This document shows, piece after piece, positions 26,839 to 40,989 of a DNA stretch of 64,000 nucleotides. The stretch is from Eledone cirrhosa (taxonomy: Eukaryota), in NCBI GenBank assembly GCA_964016885.1, contig OZ024740.1:212474001-212538000 (forward strand), in the 5' to 3' direction. A program made the position numbers and the translations under genes. The notes under the pieces were generated by a model. The model searched no databases. It was not told the DNA's origin and saw nothing but the letters and a program-made list of their open reading frames with translations. The first letter of the stretch is position 1, and the number at the start of each line of letters is the position of its first letter.

Positions 26839-27608
26839 TATAGCTTTCACCGTATATATATAGCTTTCACCGTATTTTTGACTAAAGGAATTTTAGCCTG
26901 ATAATGGGGTTTAGAAACCTCAGATAAATGGAAAAAGATGAGTATTGACGTACATGGGAGTCGAACCCACATCTTTGGTTATCGCGACCACTGGGCTACC
27001 ATTACACCAACACATCACCCATCTCTTTCCATTCAAATTAGAAACTACATTCTTAGCGAGTTTAAATGGCAAGTAAGTATGTTTTGAAACAGTGAGCAGG
27101 TTTGAAATTAGAAAATATATAGCTTTCACCTTATTTTTGACTAAAGGAATTTTAGCCTGATAATGGGGTTTAGAACCCTCAGGTAAATGGAAAAAGATGA
27201 GTATTGATGTACATGGGAGTCGATCCCACATCTTTGGTTATCGCAACCACTGTGCTACCATTATACAAACACATCACCCATCTCTTTCCATTCAAATTAG
27301 AAACTACATTCTTAATGAGTTTAAATGGCAAGTAAGTATGTTTCTAATTTGTAAGTATGTTTCTAATTTGTAGTTTCTAATTTGAATGGAAAGAGATGGG
27401 TGATGTGTTGGTGTAATGGTAGCACAGTGGTCGCGATAACCAAAGATGTGGGTTCGACTCCCATGTACGTCAATACTCATCTTTTTCCATTTATCTGAGG
27501 GTTCTAAACCCCATTATCAGGTTAAAATTCCTTTAGTCAAAAATACGGTGAAAGCTATATATTTTCTAATTTCAAACCTGCTCACTGTTTCAAAACATAC
27601 TTACTTGA
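26838..27608. repeat. 259-bp tRNA-containing unit: two tandem copies (-) plus one inverted copy (+)
   Basis: tRNA-like cloverleafs at 26946-27016 (-), 27205-27275 (-) and 27402-27472 (+). A box TGGTGTAATGG, B box GGTTCGACTCC. The anticodon loop is non-canonical. Confidence 0.8.
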
Positions 27609-27624
27609 TATATATATATATATA

Positions 27625-30330
27625 TTGTTATATTGTTATATTTGGGGAAGGCATATTGTTATAATATTGCCAGAAATAATAACAGAACACACTCACTGTT
27701 TGGTTTGGGTTGGTTTTCGCTTCTGTATCATTTATATCTGCATAGTTAATTTATCTGACAATCAATGTTTATCATTGACTGACCATCGGTTAAAAATACA
27801 GATATAAATATATATATATTCAGTCAAAGTTCTTTATAGTCTATCATCAGTGGTACTATTATGTTTCCTCCCGTTGTATTGTAATGCCTACGCCATTTTT
27901 ATTTTATTTATTTATTCCTGTCTCTGTCTCTGTTTGCGCATGCGTTTGCCTGTGTGTGTCCTGTTTGGTGTGTGTGTTCGTGTTTGAGTGTATGTGTGTT
28001 TGTATTCTATCTTTGTTCACTAGTGTGTGTATATGTGTGTTTTCTGTTATTGTACCTGTGTATATATTTATTTATTTATTTATATTGCCCTTAGGTCAGT
28101 ATTGTTTGTTTGAGTATGATTGTTGTTATTCCATTCGTTCTTTCTGTTCAACTTCGGTCTTCTAAGTTCTATCTCAGTTGCTTCTCTGATTTACCTACCT
28201 GTTGAGTAATTTCTATGCTTAGATATTATTTTAATTTCTATGTTGTCTATATTACCATCATGTCTTTGTCTGGTGGGTTCATATAGTACTGAACCGTCTT
28301 TTTGTCCTTTTAGTTCCCCCCAGTGTTGGTCTATTCTTTCTCCTATGCTTCGAGCTATCTCACCTATGTATGTCGTTGTCATATTTCGACAAGTTCTATC
28401 TGTACATCTTATGCTATCGACTACATTTCTAGTTTTACAATTTATCTGGGGGTTCATTCTACATATAACACATTTCTTATTCGTACAGTGAGTTTTGCTG
28501 ATCAGGGATTTTATGGTAGTTGCTGACCTTTCTACCACTTTAATCTTTAGATGGGTCTTTCTTAGGGCCTTTCTACATTGCTTAGCTAATTTCCCTCCAG
28601 GGGTAGCATTCAGAAACATAACACTCTGGTATCTTTGGTTGTCGTACCATGAAGTGGCTTTCCCTATCTTATGTTTAGTCCTATCTAAGCTATTCCATGA
28701 TTTGCTCCTGTATAATGGACAAATCCCTTTCATGTCCATTTCTATGAGGGTCTTATATTTCCCTGTGGCTCCTTTGTATACTCTGATTCTGACTCTTTGG
28801 TTGTAGCCAGAGAACTGCATACGATTGATGAAATGTTGGATGTGTCTTTCCATTTCAGTTGGGTTTCACATGCGGGACACGTTCTTCATCACTCTTACCA
28901 AGTCTGCGATCAGGATATTAAACTTAGCACTATTTGGACATTGCTGAGTTTTTGAGTATCAGGTATTTGGAGGCCATTGGTTTAGCATAGTGTGAGTGGA
29001 GAATTTGGGCCCTCTCGTCTATAGTGTTAATCCAGAGTTCCGTGTCTAATACTGGTAGTTTATTGTTAGGGTGTTTGGAGGATTAGTCAACGGTTACAGT
29101 TATACTCTGGTGTATGGAGTTAGCTATCTTCTCGATGCTCTCCATTGTGCTATTTTCTAGTTCAGGTTTATTGGTACTCTCTTGTGGGGGTGTTCTTATT
29201 ACTATATAAATATCGTCTACGTAACGAGAGTACATGACGAGGTCTCTGAGTCTCCTTTCCCACCATACCATAAATAGATTGACAACACCACCAGCTATGC
29301 TGACGCCAATGGATGTTCCTTCATTCTGAGTGTAGATTTTCATTAAATTTAAACATATGGCCTTTTAGGGTAGTTTTAATACTAGCCCCTACTGCATGTG
29401 CTACCAATTTTCTCACCTGATTGTTGTTTTTGGCTGTCCGTATGGCCTTGGTCCATCATTTCCATATTCCTATGAGAGTCTTTTTACCCATTGAGGTTAT
29501 GGTGGTGGTCTACCTCTTACAGGTCTACTGGGGCAGAAACAACTAAGGTCATGATTATCTAAGTATTCGGGGTCATAAGAGAATCGATGTAGGAGACCCA
29601 GTTCATCTGTGTCAACGTCGCAGAACTCCACCTCACTTTCCCTGATTATTTCCACACATTTTTCCACAGCAAAATCAATGTCAATGGATTGGTACAGGGA
29701 TACCACATCCATACTGCCTATTATGCATTTAGTTCAGTTTTTGTCGTTGCATTCATTTATTCTACTGAGGAGGTCCTCTGTGCTGTCGCATATATCTGGC
29801 GACATCTTAATGATGGGGCGTATAATCATAGAGAGGAAGTAGGAGATCCTGTAGTTACTAGCAATATTGGCTTCGCATACAGGTCTTGTTAGTGGTCCTG
29901 TCGTCGGGTTGTTGGTTGTTTTATGGTCTTTGTGGGGTCCATATAAGGGTGGTATGTCGTTGTTAGACTTGGAAATTATTGGCTGTGGTAGACACCTGGC
30001 CTTAGGATGTCAGTCCACATCATCATGTGAGCATTGAGGATCTTTTCTCTTTCTTCTCTGTCTGTTGTGTTGTTTCGCTCGTGTTGATGATGTGGGTTTG
30101 CATAGCCTTGATGTAGTTCGGCATGCTGTCTATTAACATCCTACCAAAATATCTGTAGGTAGACACACTACCTCACCATCCCTTGTGCGCTGCGTGAGGC
30201 TAAGTAGGCCTTTTACAGATTTTCTTCCAAGTAGTTGAATTCCTGGTCTGTTTTGTCTCTTAGTATATTGGTCTACTACCTGTCTAAGTTTATTTCTACC
30301 TATGGTAAACTGTGCCACTGCTTGGTCATC
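27625..30330 (-). mobile_element. Penelope-like element (Neptune-like), heavily decayed; relative of 9241-10735
   Basis: MDVVSLY, QNEGTSIG, YSRYVDD, LPVLDTELW, CVIC..CKTRNVV..YIGE.AR. Decayed HHR near 27822-27855. Confidence 0.9.
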
Positions 30331-30965
30331 TATTTGTTGTGGATATAAGCATGGACATAAGCATGGACATATGCCTTTGCGTGAGAGTGCACACAGGTTT
30401 ATTTATTTATTTATCTTCTTTTTTATACTCTCTCACACAATATGTTTTCTATAAAACATTTCCTAATAATTTTTGTATGGCCTTGACAAACGCTACCCTC
30501 ATACCATATTTCCTCATTTGTATATTTATATTTTTAAACCTCATACCATTCGCATCGCCTCATTAATTCTTTATAGCGCATATCTCCTTCAACGAAGTCT
30601 AAACAGGACATCCTACCCACTACCTCCTGACAACCGATGAGCAACCCCCCCCCCCTACCCCTAGTACAACACCACATTCTTTTATCTCATATCACGCACA
30701 GCCCTACCACATCCACACCACACACAGCTCCTCAGTCGTACCACGTACACACCTATATGTTTATGGCAAGCCAAAACACCACACCCCGCAACTCACACCA
30801 ATCTTTGCTCCCGACCCCCACCCCGTCACTACGTTCCCCCCACCTAACATACATGCCAAAACATTCCACTAATTAACCCACCAATCAAAGCAACAGAAAC
30901 TGACCAACATATCAACGTTAGACATTTATATGCCATGTATATCCATTCTGTCATTACTACAACAC

Positions 30966-31044
30966 AGGTCCGACGAGCTTTTGATTCCAGAGTCGGGGCA
31001 GATCGAACCTTGAGCTCATCAATAGCGAAACGCGCGTAATGAAG
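30966..31044 (+). ncRNA. Decayed hammerhead motif at the 3' end of a non-coding element ending in (ATT)n
   Basis: CCGACGA-GCTTTTGAT...ATCAATAGC-GAAA-CGCGCG-TA. U4>C and weak stem I. Confidence 0.55.
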
Positions 31045-31573
31045 GGTTAACAAATAGCCATTGTATTATTATTATTATTATTGGCGACCTACGTAGTAAA
31101 TCGTATCATCGTGAGCTCCGCAAAGGTTTGTTGTTTTCGTTTGTTTAAAATTGCCATTTATGGAAAGTTTTTATTGTTAACTGTATATAAGTGCACATAC
31201 ATTGTTTTCCGAAAAGGACACTCAAAAAGATTGGGGCCTTGAGCCCAAAATTTAAACTTTTATAATTATTAAAAAAAACTTTCTTTGAAAAAAACATGGA
31301 AGTCTCACAGCCACACGAAGCTGACAGCCTTCCTCACAAACTAACACCTGACACCGACACCACCATTGTAAATATTACTACGTTTGCCAACACTAAAAAT
31401 ATAAGCAGTAGCAATATTTTAAATTTGCCTCAGGCAGACATTCATTTCCCGCCATTACCAATGACTGCAGGTGTTAAAGCCGCCACCTGAACCACCACCG
31501 CGACAACCCCCACCCCACCATCACCGCGACAACAGAAACAAAAGAAAAAAATAAATTAACTCGTGATATCGAA

Positions 31574-32941
31574 ATGAATTCAACCAAAATGAACTCTTCC
31601 ACACCGAACACCACTAACGCCACCACCTCCACAACTGAAACTAAAATTAATAATAACAAAAATAACGATAACAACAACAGCAACAATGACATTAAGAAAA
31701 CCACCCTGAGTTTTGCCAGAGTAGCAAAACAGTGCGAAGTATTTCAGGTAACTCAGGAGGATCGGCGCCTATGCACCTTGTCTTATCGAACAATTAATAT
31801 AAAATCGCGCCGAGTGGAACGGGCATCCGAGTCCCAAATCCTAAAAGCTTTGGGACATGTGTGGGCAAAAAAACCCCACATCAGACGTGGGCAGAAGTAT
31901 GGAACCGTGGACGTGTTCTTTGAAACACCACAGGAGGCCAGAGAACACTCCATGGCCCCATTAAGAAGTGACGACTTCACACTCGACCCAAGCTATTGTG
32001 GCCAGAGACTCGTAAAGATCAGGGTCACCCACGTTCCACCGGCCATCGAAATTCCCTGGCTAATAGCTGCCGTCCTCGCCGGCATCGAAGCCAACACCAA
32101 GATAATCGAAATAGCGAAAGAAAAGCTGGAGAACTGGTCCGGATCTGGGATGGAGCTCCTGATCCAAGCAGACCAAAAAAGCATTGAGGAGATCCCAGAG
32201 GTAATAGACCTCACTGACGGCAGGGACCTCACCGTAATTGTCGAGGGCAGAAGGCCTAGGTGTGTCGTTTGTGGTGAAGGAACCCACCTAAGGGCTTTCT
32301 GCCCTCAGGCTAAAAGGTTGAGGCCACTTTTCATACCCACCCCAGTGACTCAACCATCAACACCACCAGAAGCAGAGATGGCAGCAACAACTTTAGCAGC
32401 AACAACAGAAGCATCTGTAACAGCAACAACCCCAGCAACAGTAGCAAAACCAACACCACCACCACCCAACGCGCCAGAACTAGCACCAGCGCCTACACCA
32501 TCCACCACGCCACAACCAAAACCAACGCCTGTAGAGGATTTTCCACTCGCCGGCCTATCACAACTGGAGACAGATTGTGACGACGAGGAGTGGGAAACAG
32601 TATCAGGAAAAAAGAAAAAAAGAAACCAAAAAAGAAAAAATTCTCTTCCTTCACCCTCCAAAAACAAAATACAGAGGGAAACAAATAAACTATCAAACAA
32701 AAAAGTTAGGACAGACATGCCACCATCCACACCAGCATCACCAACCCCATCACCCCAAACACCAACACCATCACCATCATTAACCCCAACACCACCATCA
32801 CCTACACCACAAAAGTCACCAAAATGCGAAACAGAAACAAACCCACAACAAATGCAAACAAAACAACCAAAACGATACACACTACACAGCATTAAATTTG
32901 AACAACAACCAATTATTACACTACATCCAACACAATTTTGA
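31574..32941 (+). mobile_element. Tx1/L1-type ORF1 (gag-like, CCHC knuckle) without ORF2
   Basis: VIVEGRRPRCVVCGEGTHLRAFCP. Same architecture as ORF1 at 46868-48718 (N-rich head, P/T-rich tail, basic patch). 5' UTR from about 31083. Confidence 0.8.
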
Positions 32942-33029
32942 TTTAAATAACAAACTTTTTTAAAGTTTTAAAGTTACATTGCAAATAATATCTTAATAAT
33001 GAAATAATTCGTTAAATAATTTGTTAATA

Positions 33030-33215
33030 ATTGTCTCTACTTTAGGCACAAGGCCAGCAATTAACCAGTACATTACTGGTACTTTATTTTATCGACCCCA
33101 TAAGGATGAAAGGCAAAGTCAACTCGGCGGGATTTGAACTCAGATCGTAAAGGGACGTAACTATACTGGAAAGCATGGCGTCTGACCCTCTACTGATACT
33201 GCCAATCCACCGCCC
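33030..33215 (-). mobile_element. tRNA-derived SINE (Meta-domain-like); also 34035-34140 (-) and 54505-54725 (+)
   Basis: A/B boxes (TGGCAG..; GAGTTCAAATCC), then GACTTTGCCTTTCATCC..GGGGTCGATAAAATAAAGTACCAG. Three copies in the window. Confidence 0.8.
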
Positions 33216-33534
33216 AAAATAATTTGTTAATAATGAAATAATTTGTTAAATCTTTAATTAAAATAGAAACTATTTCATTAAAAATGTAGTAACGAAAGGG
33301 TTAATGAGAAATATCAATCTTAAATATTTCTATGTTAACAATATTGAACACTTTTAATAAAATAGCCATATTGAATAATATTTACCATTGAAATAAGTGG
33401 ATATAGGTGTAATTAAGGAATAAAAAATATATTATAACAAAAAGAAAGCAAAAGAGAAAATATTTTTTCTTAATTTACTACTCTCTTTTGTAAAAAAACT
33501 TATTTATTTCTAGATATAACTGGTTATGAGAATT

Positions 33535-33718
33535 AAATTATATCTAGAAGGATGTAGTAGTTAGCTATAGATATAGTGTATAAAAAGTAGGGAGAAATTA
33601 TATCTAGAAGGATGTAGTAGTTAGCTACAGATATACTGTATAAAAAGTAGGGAGAAATTATATCTAGAAGGATGTAGTAGTTAGCTATAGATATACTGTG
33701 TAAAACGTAGGGAGAAAT
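33535..33718. repeat. 60-bp tandem repeat x3
   Basis: AAATTATATCTAGAAGGATGTAGTAGTTAGCTA... at a 60-nt period. Confidence 0.95.
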
Positions 33719-34259
33719 GAGAAACATACTTTTTCCTAAAGATGTTTAGTGACTATAGTGAAGAGAAAGAGAAACAACATAAAATTATAACAGAGTTATG
33801 GAGAGGGGAAACTGGTATGCACGGGCGACTACTAGTCTTTCACAAAAAACAAACTTTGCCCAGGCTTGAGCCTCGGAAATAAATTTTCTAGGAGCAAAAC
33901 TATGGTCATTCGTGACCAAGTGGTGCCTTCAATACTTGGAACATACCACTTAGTATGTGCTACTATTTGGAACATACCATTTATTCTGTATTGTTACTCA
34001 TCTGCCATTCAATAGAAAATGAAAAAGGTAAAATAATAATTGTTTCTACTTTTGGCACAAGGCCAGCAATTTACCAGTGCATTACTGGTACTTTATTTTA
34101 TCGAACCCGTAAGGATGAAAGGCAAAGGTAACCTCGGCGGGATAATAATGAAAACCTAAAACATTAATGACACCATGTTTCAACAAGTTTCAATTAGATT
34201 ATATAGTATTTACAATAAAAAGAAGAAAAAAGGTAAATGATGAAAGTAAGGGGAAAGAA

Positions 34260-34590
34260 GAGGGACAGTAGACTGTACCATCTCAAAATCATTGCAGTAG
34301 GGAACAGCCAGCAACAGCCACCACATAGACCACTCAACCTCACATGACCACATTCTCAAGCAGAATGCATCCCTCCCAATGTTGCAGAGGAAAACAGCAG
34401 TTCTGGGACAGATAACATCCGTGGTCTTGACAGTGACCAGCAAGAAAAAGAAGCAGTTGATCAAGTCTTGGTATCTGGATATCTTCTGATCTTCTGCATT
34501 ACAGACAGTTGTACCCAGGGTTTGTGGCCAAATTAATAAAGCTGGACTTGGAGAATATGTCACAGTTTGAGACATCCCAGATTCAAAATA
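34260..34590 (-). mobile_element. Old non-LTR element fragment (CRE/NeSL-like restriction-like endonuclease tail)
   Basis: AEDQKISRYQDL..FF..VTVKT resembles the AE..K..KY..L..F.P.A.ET pattern. Strongly decayed. Confidence 0.4.
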
Positions 34591-35181
34591 TAAAAATAAA
34601 TAAATCATTCAAGGAGACTTATTATTTCAAAACAGAGCATATACTAACATTAAAAAATTCTAATACTGCCAGGATTTACGACTGGTAGATAGTATCAGCA
34701 ATGGAAAGACCAATGGAAACATTGTTTCCATAGTTCGATTTGATGAGTCCCACCCTCCACCCCACTCAGTAAGTGAAGGAGGTCTAGGAACATGTTTTCA
34801 ATAAAAAATTGATAACTTAGAAACATAATCAGAAAAAGAGAGGTAGGTGTAAAAGCCAAACTTGCCAGCTTCAGCATTCAGTATCTAGAAGAAGGGAGGT
34901 ATGTGTCCATTTTGTCTGTCCATTTTGATTCATTCTTTTAATTAATACGTATTTTCCACTCCTTTCGTAGACTTTATGTTTTAAACTCTAGTGGTTATCT
35001 ATCCCTATAATTGAAAACATACCTCTTTGTGTTTTCTTCTCCATATTGTGTATTATAAAGAGTCCAGTATCTATTCCTTGAGTTCATTAAATTACAGGGG
35101 ATTAACACGAGTTTTAACCTCTGTTTTTTTTAATTTGATATATATATATAATTAGAAAGTGAACAACACAAAATATAACTA

Positions 35182-35249
35182 CTCCATTACCAAAGGTTTC
35201 TGGATCCCAGACAATAATAAAATACGTCTGGATCGGTCGTCAGACAAAG
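35182..35249 (-). ncRNA. Type I hammerhead motif
   Basis: CTTTGT-CTGACGA-CCGATCCAGAC..GTCTGGGATCCA-GAAA-CCTTTGG-TA-ATGGAG. Confidence 0.65.
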
Positions 35250-35730
35250 ATGTTATAGATAAAAGATATGAAATGAGATTTAAAATCTGTTAAAAATTGT
35301 AAGTGAGGCTGGAAAAATAACGGGAAATATACATAAGAAAAGAAGGGTAAGAAAAATAATATATAAAAATATATAGCAATATAGAAAAAGACATGTGTAC
35401 ATACATACACACACACATACACACACACATACACACATTCAGATAAAAGGAAAATATATATATGTATATATACATACATACATATACATATATATACAAA
35501 CATACATGTACACGGACATACACATATACATACGCATATATACAGATACACACACATATAAAAAACATATACAGACATACATACAGACATATACAAATAC
35601 ATATACACACTGACATATACCATATACATATATATATATACATGCATATATACATATATACATATATATGTATATATGGCACAGACACAAGTGCATAGAC
35701 ACACTAGTCTACAAAAACATACATACGTGA

Positions 35731-35812
<82 letters not shown>

Positions 35813-35815
<3 letters not shown>

Positions 35816-36211
35816 CGGTGAGTTTTATTGTAGTACAATAAAGCAATGCAGATATCGGATAAGAAGCACTCTACAGTTTGTAGGACTGGAGTATACATAA
35901 TATATAAGATCAAAAGATGGTTAAAAGAGTTCCATGTATTTTATTTTGCGCATTTCAAAAACAAATATCATCATGCAATAACATTTGTGTTTTCATCAGA
36001 TAAAATAGGAAGCCATGATATGAAGGTTAAAAACATTTGTGGATAGTGCAGTTTTAAATCAACATATGTTGATCAACATATGTTGATTTAACCTTCATAT
36101 CATGGCTTCCTATTTTATCTGATGAAAACACAAATGTTATTGCATGATGATATTTGTTTTTGAAATGCGCATAATAAAATACATGGAACTCTTTTAACCA
36201 TCTTTTGATCT

Positions 36212-36218
<7 letters not shown>
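35813..36218. mobile_element. Fold-back element with hammerheads at 35937-36007 (-) and 36111-36181 (+)
   Basis: TATTTTAT-CTGATGA-AAACACAAATGTTAT..ATGATATTTGTTTTT-GAAA-TGCGCA-TA-ATAAAATA. Palindromic hinge at 36055-36090. Confidence 0.85.
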
Positions 36219-36273
<55 letters not shown>

Positions 36274-36564
36274 GAAATGATACGGAGACGTCACACATAG
36301 AGTTATACATAAATACAATCACATACACAAAACTACATATAGATACATGCATGTATGTGTCCAGTGGAAGTATAAACAGCTTGGAGCATGCAAAAATATG
36401 AATGAACACACGAAGATAACCACACACACAACTACATATATACATACACATGCAACCACGTGTGTTTCTTGGAGTCTATGACCTTGGTAGTATTATTAGT
36501 GGTAGTAGTGTTAATATAATATTACTACAACGTTAATAAAAGTTTATTTACTGTAGTAGTAGTA

Positions 36565-36603
<39 letters not shown>

Positions 36604-37480
36604 TGTATTGTACACTGTATATCCAAAAAAAAAACAATGGCTATAAATGGAAGAAGAACCCCTCCCCTCCTCTCCTCTGGCTACACTATATAGGACAGCT
36701 AAACTCACCAACACCAGAAACTAGATACACCACCCACCCCATCATCTGTGTACACTAAACACAACAGCCAGATAACGACACATTTTCACCTTCACCGCCA
36801 CCGCTCACTACGGCCATCATTACCACCACTATCCCAGCACCGCCGCCACCACCCCTTGACTCCGCTACAGCACCATCACTACAGTAATACGGTCACATCA
36901 CCGCCACCACTGCCTCGGTATCGACATCACCACCACCACTGTCTCAGTATCGCTAACGCCGCCAGTCTCCCACTTCCCTGCTGGCTGCTACTTCCACATT
37001 ATAGAATTCCTACTACTAACAAAGAGGAAGGCATCAAAATATATAGATAGACCCAAAAGAAAAAAGAAAAAACAAACAACAAAACCAAAGCAGCACAGCA
37101 ACAACAGCAAAAAACGAGAAAAACAAACAGAGAAAAACAAAAACAAAAAAAAGAAACCCCAAAAACGTAAAGAAAATAAGAATGAAGAGAGAAGCAGGCG
37201 GACGGACAGAGAAGAGGGGGGAAAAAGTAAAACTTAAAAAACTAAAACTAAGTCAGACATTCGAACACTACATTACAATGAAACTTATGCTTATTCATTT
37301 CTGGGGCCCATTCTGCCTGTGTGTTTGTTTGTTTATGTGTGTTCGTATACAGCGTGGTGATAATGCCACACAAGGGCCAAGTGGGATGGCGGATCCACAG
37401 ATGGCTATGTAAACATACATTCGCCAATCCTCGATAAGAGTGTTTAAATATCGAACATAAACAGTTCGAATAACGGTGAA

Positions 37481-40400
37481 ATGGAGACTAGAACGTCATG
37501 TGACAGACTCTCACCCAACAGGTGCCCCCTGGCTCAGCAGCAGGAACCTGTCTGTCAACCAAATACTGCTGATGTTGGAGGAAGGAGAAGAAGGAAAGGG
37601 GCCAGAACCAACTGGACGAAAGAATTGAATAGTACTGTTATGCAATGCTACCTGAAAAGTGACCCCAAGGAGAGGGGCTACAGGAGACGGATGCATAACA
37701 TCTGGAACGAGATTGGTTTATTTAAATTAGATGAACAAAAATTGGCCGGGCAGGCTCGGGTAATAAGAACTAATGGGTGGATAAGCGAGCTGGAACTGGA
37801 GGAACTGAGCAGAGAGAATGGCTTGGAGATGGCGGGTGTAGTATGCCAGACAAGCGAGCCGGTGGGAAATGAAGGTGAGGAGGTCCTGAGAACGGAGGAA
37901 CCACCCGAAGCAGACAATGATCTGAGTACTGAGATAAATAATACCTGGAACAGAGATACGGCCACTGAGGAGATGAATGCTGACGGGCTAGGACAAGATT
38001 CGGTTGACATCCTAAATTTAGTGGTAGATGAATTGAACAATGATAGTGGGAGACCTATGAACCTAAGATTTGTAGACAGGAAAAAGTTAAAAGAAACAAC
38101 AGCTAAGGTAAACAAAGTCATCCCATACCTTGAGGCGAGGAGCCTTCACCAGTGCAACAATATCCTCAGAGCAACAGCAAATACGGTGAGGAAACTACTT
38201 GGTATAAAAGCGAGAGGAAACAACAGACAAGAAAGAGCAGAGCCGTGGTGGAAGAAGCGACTGAGTGGGCAAATCGGGGAAATGAGAAATGACATAGGAA
38301 AGCTTGAGTCACTACTGAATGGGACACTAAAAAACATAGGCACTAAAAATAGACTGGAAATAAAATACAAAACTAGGAGTAAAAAGCTAAATATTATCAT
38401 AGAGGAATTGAAGCAACGCATTGTAGCAAAGAGTGCAAAAATCAGGCGATACGAGAACAGAGTCAGTTAGTATAAACAGAACCGCATGTTCGACAACAAC
38501 CAGAAGATGCTGTTTGGACAGCTTGAGGGCAAAGAAAGAGGCAACGACTTGATCCCTGGGGCGGAGCAAACTAAAACATTCTGGAGAGGAATATGGGAGC
38601 AGGATGTTAGACACAATGCCCAGGCAGGGTGGATTGAGACAGTACAGAGGGAGATCGGTGAGCAGGCACAGCAACAGACTGATTTGAGTATCACAGTTGA
38701 AACTCTTAAGGGACAAGCCAAAAAACTAACCAACTGGAAATCGCCAGGCCCAGATGGTGTGCAGGGGTATTGGATTAAACATCTAACATCCCTCCACCCG
38801 AAGCTGACGGCCATGTTCAATGACTGCTTGGTGTCGGGTGAGGTGCCAGAGTGGTTGATAAAAGGTACCACAGTTCTGATAATGAAAGACCGAATCAAGG
38901 GTAATGATGCTACCAACTATAGACCTATCACATGTCTGCCCGTAATGTGGAAACTGTTGACGAGCATTGTGTCTGAGGAAATCTACCATCACCTCCACAC
39001 AAACAACTTGTTACCGGACGAACAGAAAGGATGCCGAAAGAAGTCACGTGGTACAAAGGACCAGTTGCTTATTGATAAGATGGTAATGGGGAATTGCAGG
39101 AGGAGACACACTGATCTTGCCATGGGATGGATAGACTACAGAAAGGCATTTGACATGGTGCCTCATTCCTGGATCACCAAAAGCCTGGAGATCTTCAGGG
39201 TGGCGGATAACATCAGACAGTTGCTAGGCAGGAGTATGGGGTCCTGGGAGACAGAGTTGACATCAACTGGAGTATCCTTGGGAAGCGTGAAGATCAAGAG
39301 AGGTATCTTCCAGGGAGATAGCCTGTCCCCTCTGTTGTTTGTCCTTGCCCTGATGCCCTTGACCATTATGCTGCGAAAAGTGAGAGCAGGATACAAGTTG
39401 GGAAGGGGAGAGCTTACCATCAATCACCTCCTCTTCATGGACGATCTTAAGCTCTTCGGGAAAAGTGAGAAGGAGTTGGATGTGCTTGTTGACACTGTCC
39501 GTATTTTCAGCAGTGATATATGTATGCAGTTTGGTATTGGTAAATGTGGAGTCATTGTGATGAAGAGGGGTAGGTTGAGCAGAAGTAACGGGATCCAGAT
39601 ACCAACAGGTGAGATGATAAAGGAAATTGACTCTGAGGAAGGATACAAGTATTTGGGCGTTCTGGAGGCTGATGGCATAAAGAACAAAAAAATGAAGGAA
39701 TTGTTAAGAACTGAATACATTCGGAGAGTAAGGAGCGTATTGAAGTCACATCTGAACAGCAGAAATGCCATAAGCGCAGTAAATTCCCGAGCTGTGTCTA
39801 TTATTAGGTACAGTGCGGGAATTCTGAGATGGAATGTTGCTGAACAGAAAGAAATGGATAGGAAGACTAGGAAGCTATTGACTATCTACAACATGTTCCA
39901 CTATACCTAAGGAGATCTGAGGGTGGAAGAGGTCTTATCAGCATAGAGGACTGTGTTCAGATGGAGAAAAACAACCTATACAAATACGTGACCTATAGTA
40001 AGGAGCCAATGCTCAGAGCTGTACTGAAGGAGGGGACAGTAGGCCAGGGGATGTCCAGGGAGGAAATAACATCAAGGAGGAAGAGCAGCCTTAAGGGAAA
40101 ACCCCTTCATAGTACCTTCTTTGAGAAAACTGAATTTAGAGATCCACAGACATGGAACTGGTTGAGAAGAGGAGACCTCAAAAAGGCTACAGAAGGAATG
40201 CTAATGGCTGCGCAGGAGCAGGCCCTCAAAACGAAGTGGTTGAAGCACCATATCTACAAGGAGGAGGCCAGCCCACTGTGCAGGATCTGTGGAGAGAGAG
40301 AGGAGACTGTGGTTCACATTGTGTCCGAGTGTAAACACCTAGCCCAGACCCACTATAAGGGCTGGAGACACGATGTGATGGGCAGGGTGATCCACTGGCA

Positions 40401-40925
40401 CCTGTGCAAAGTAAACAATCTACCACATTCTGAGAAATGGTATGAGCATAGGCCAGAGGCGGTGATGGAGAACAATCAGGTGAAGGTGCTGTGGGATTTT
40501 AGGATACAGACGGACAAAAAACTGGAACACAATAGACCTGACCTGGTGGTTGTGGACAAAGAAAAAAGATCGTGCCTGATTGTGGATGTGGCCTGCCCGT
40601 TCGACACGAGAGTGCAAGAGAAGGAGAGGGAGAAAATTAACCGATACCAGGACCTAAAGTGGGAGGTGAAAAGGATTTGGAACTGCCATGAAGTCAAAGT
40701 GATCCCGATTGTCATAGGCGCACTGGGGACTATCTCCAAAAGTTTCCAGGGATGGTTAAAGAAAATCGGCCCCTTCACGCTTTTTGGAACGCTTCAAAAG
40801 GCATGCTTGCTTGGAACAGCAAGAACCCTCCGATACGTCCTGAATATCTGAGGCTGCAGGTAGTGGCTTGATATTCAATCCAACGGACTTTCCAGTTAAC
40901 CAACATCAATGACTGAGATTCAAGG
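37481..40925 (+). mobile_element. R4/Dong-clade non-LTR retrotransposon (RT + CCHC + restriction-like endonuclease), one stop and one frameshift
   Basis: N-terminal W..E.N..M.CY..GYRRRM..W, then YRPITCL, DYRKAFD, RGIFQGDSLSP, FMDD, CRICG..ETVVHIVSEC, RHD, RPD..D..P.D..EK..Y. TAG at 38468, break near 39905. Ends in (TAA)n. Confidence 0.92.
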
Positions 40926-40941
40926 AATAACAATAGCAATG

Positions 40942-40988
<47 letters not shown>

Positions 40989-40989
<1 letters not shown>

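Noticed and set aside
26946-27472. Three functional tRNA genes
   Set aside because: The anticodon loop lacks U33 and a purine at 37, and the acceptor stem is wobble-rich. Treated as tRNA-derived.
33535-33718. CRISPR-like array (also 45671-46030)
   Set aside because: Contiguous tandem units without unique spacers, eukaryotic context, no cas genes.
37290-37480. HDV-like ribozyme at the R4 5' end
   Set aside because: Could not assemble the P1-P4 nested pseudoknot by eye.
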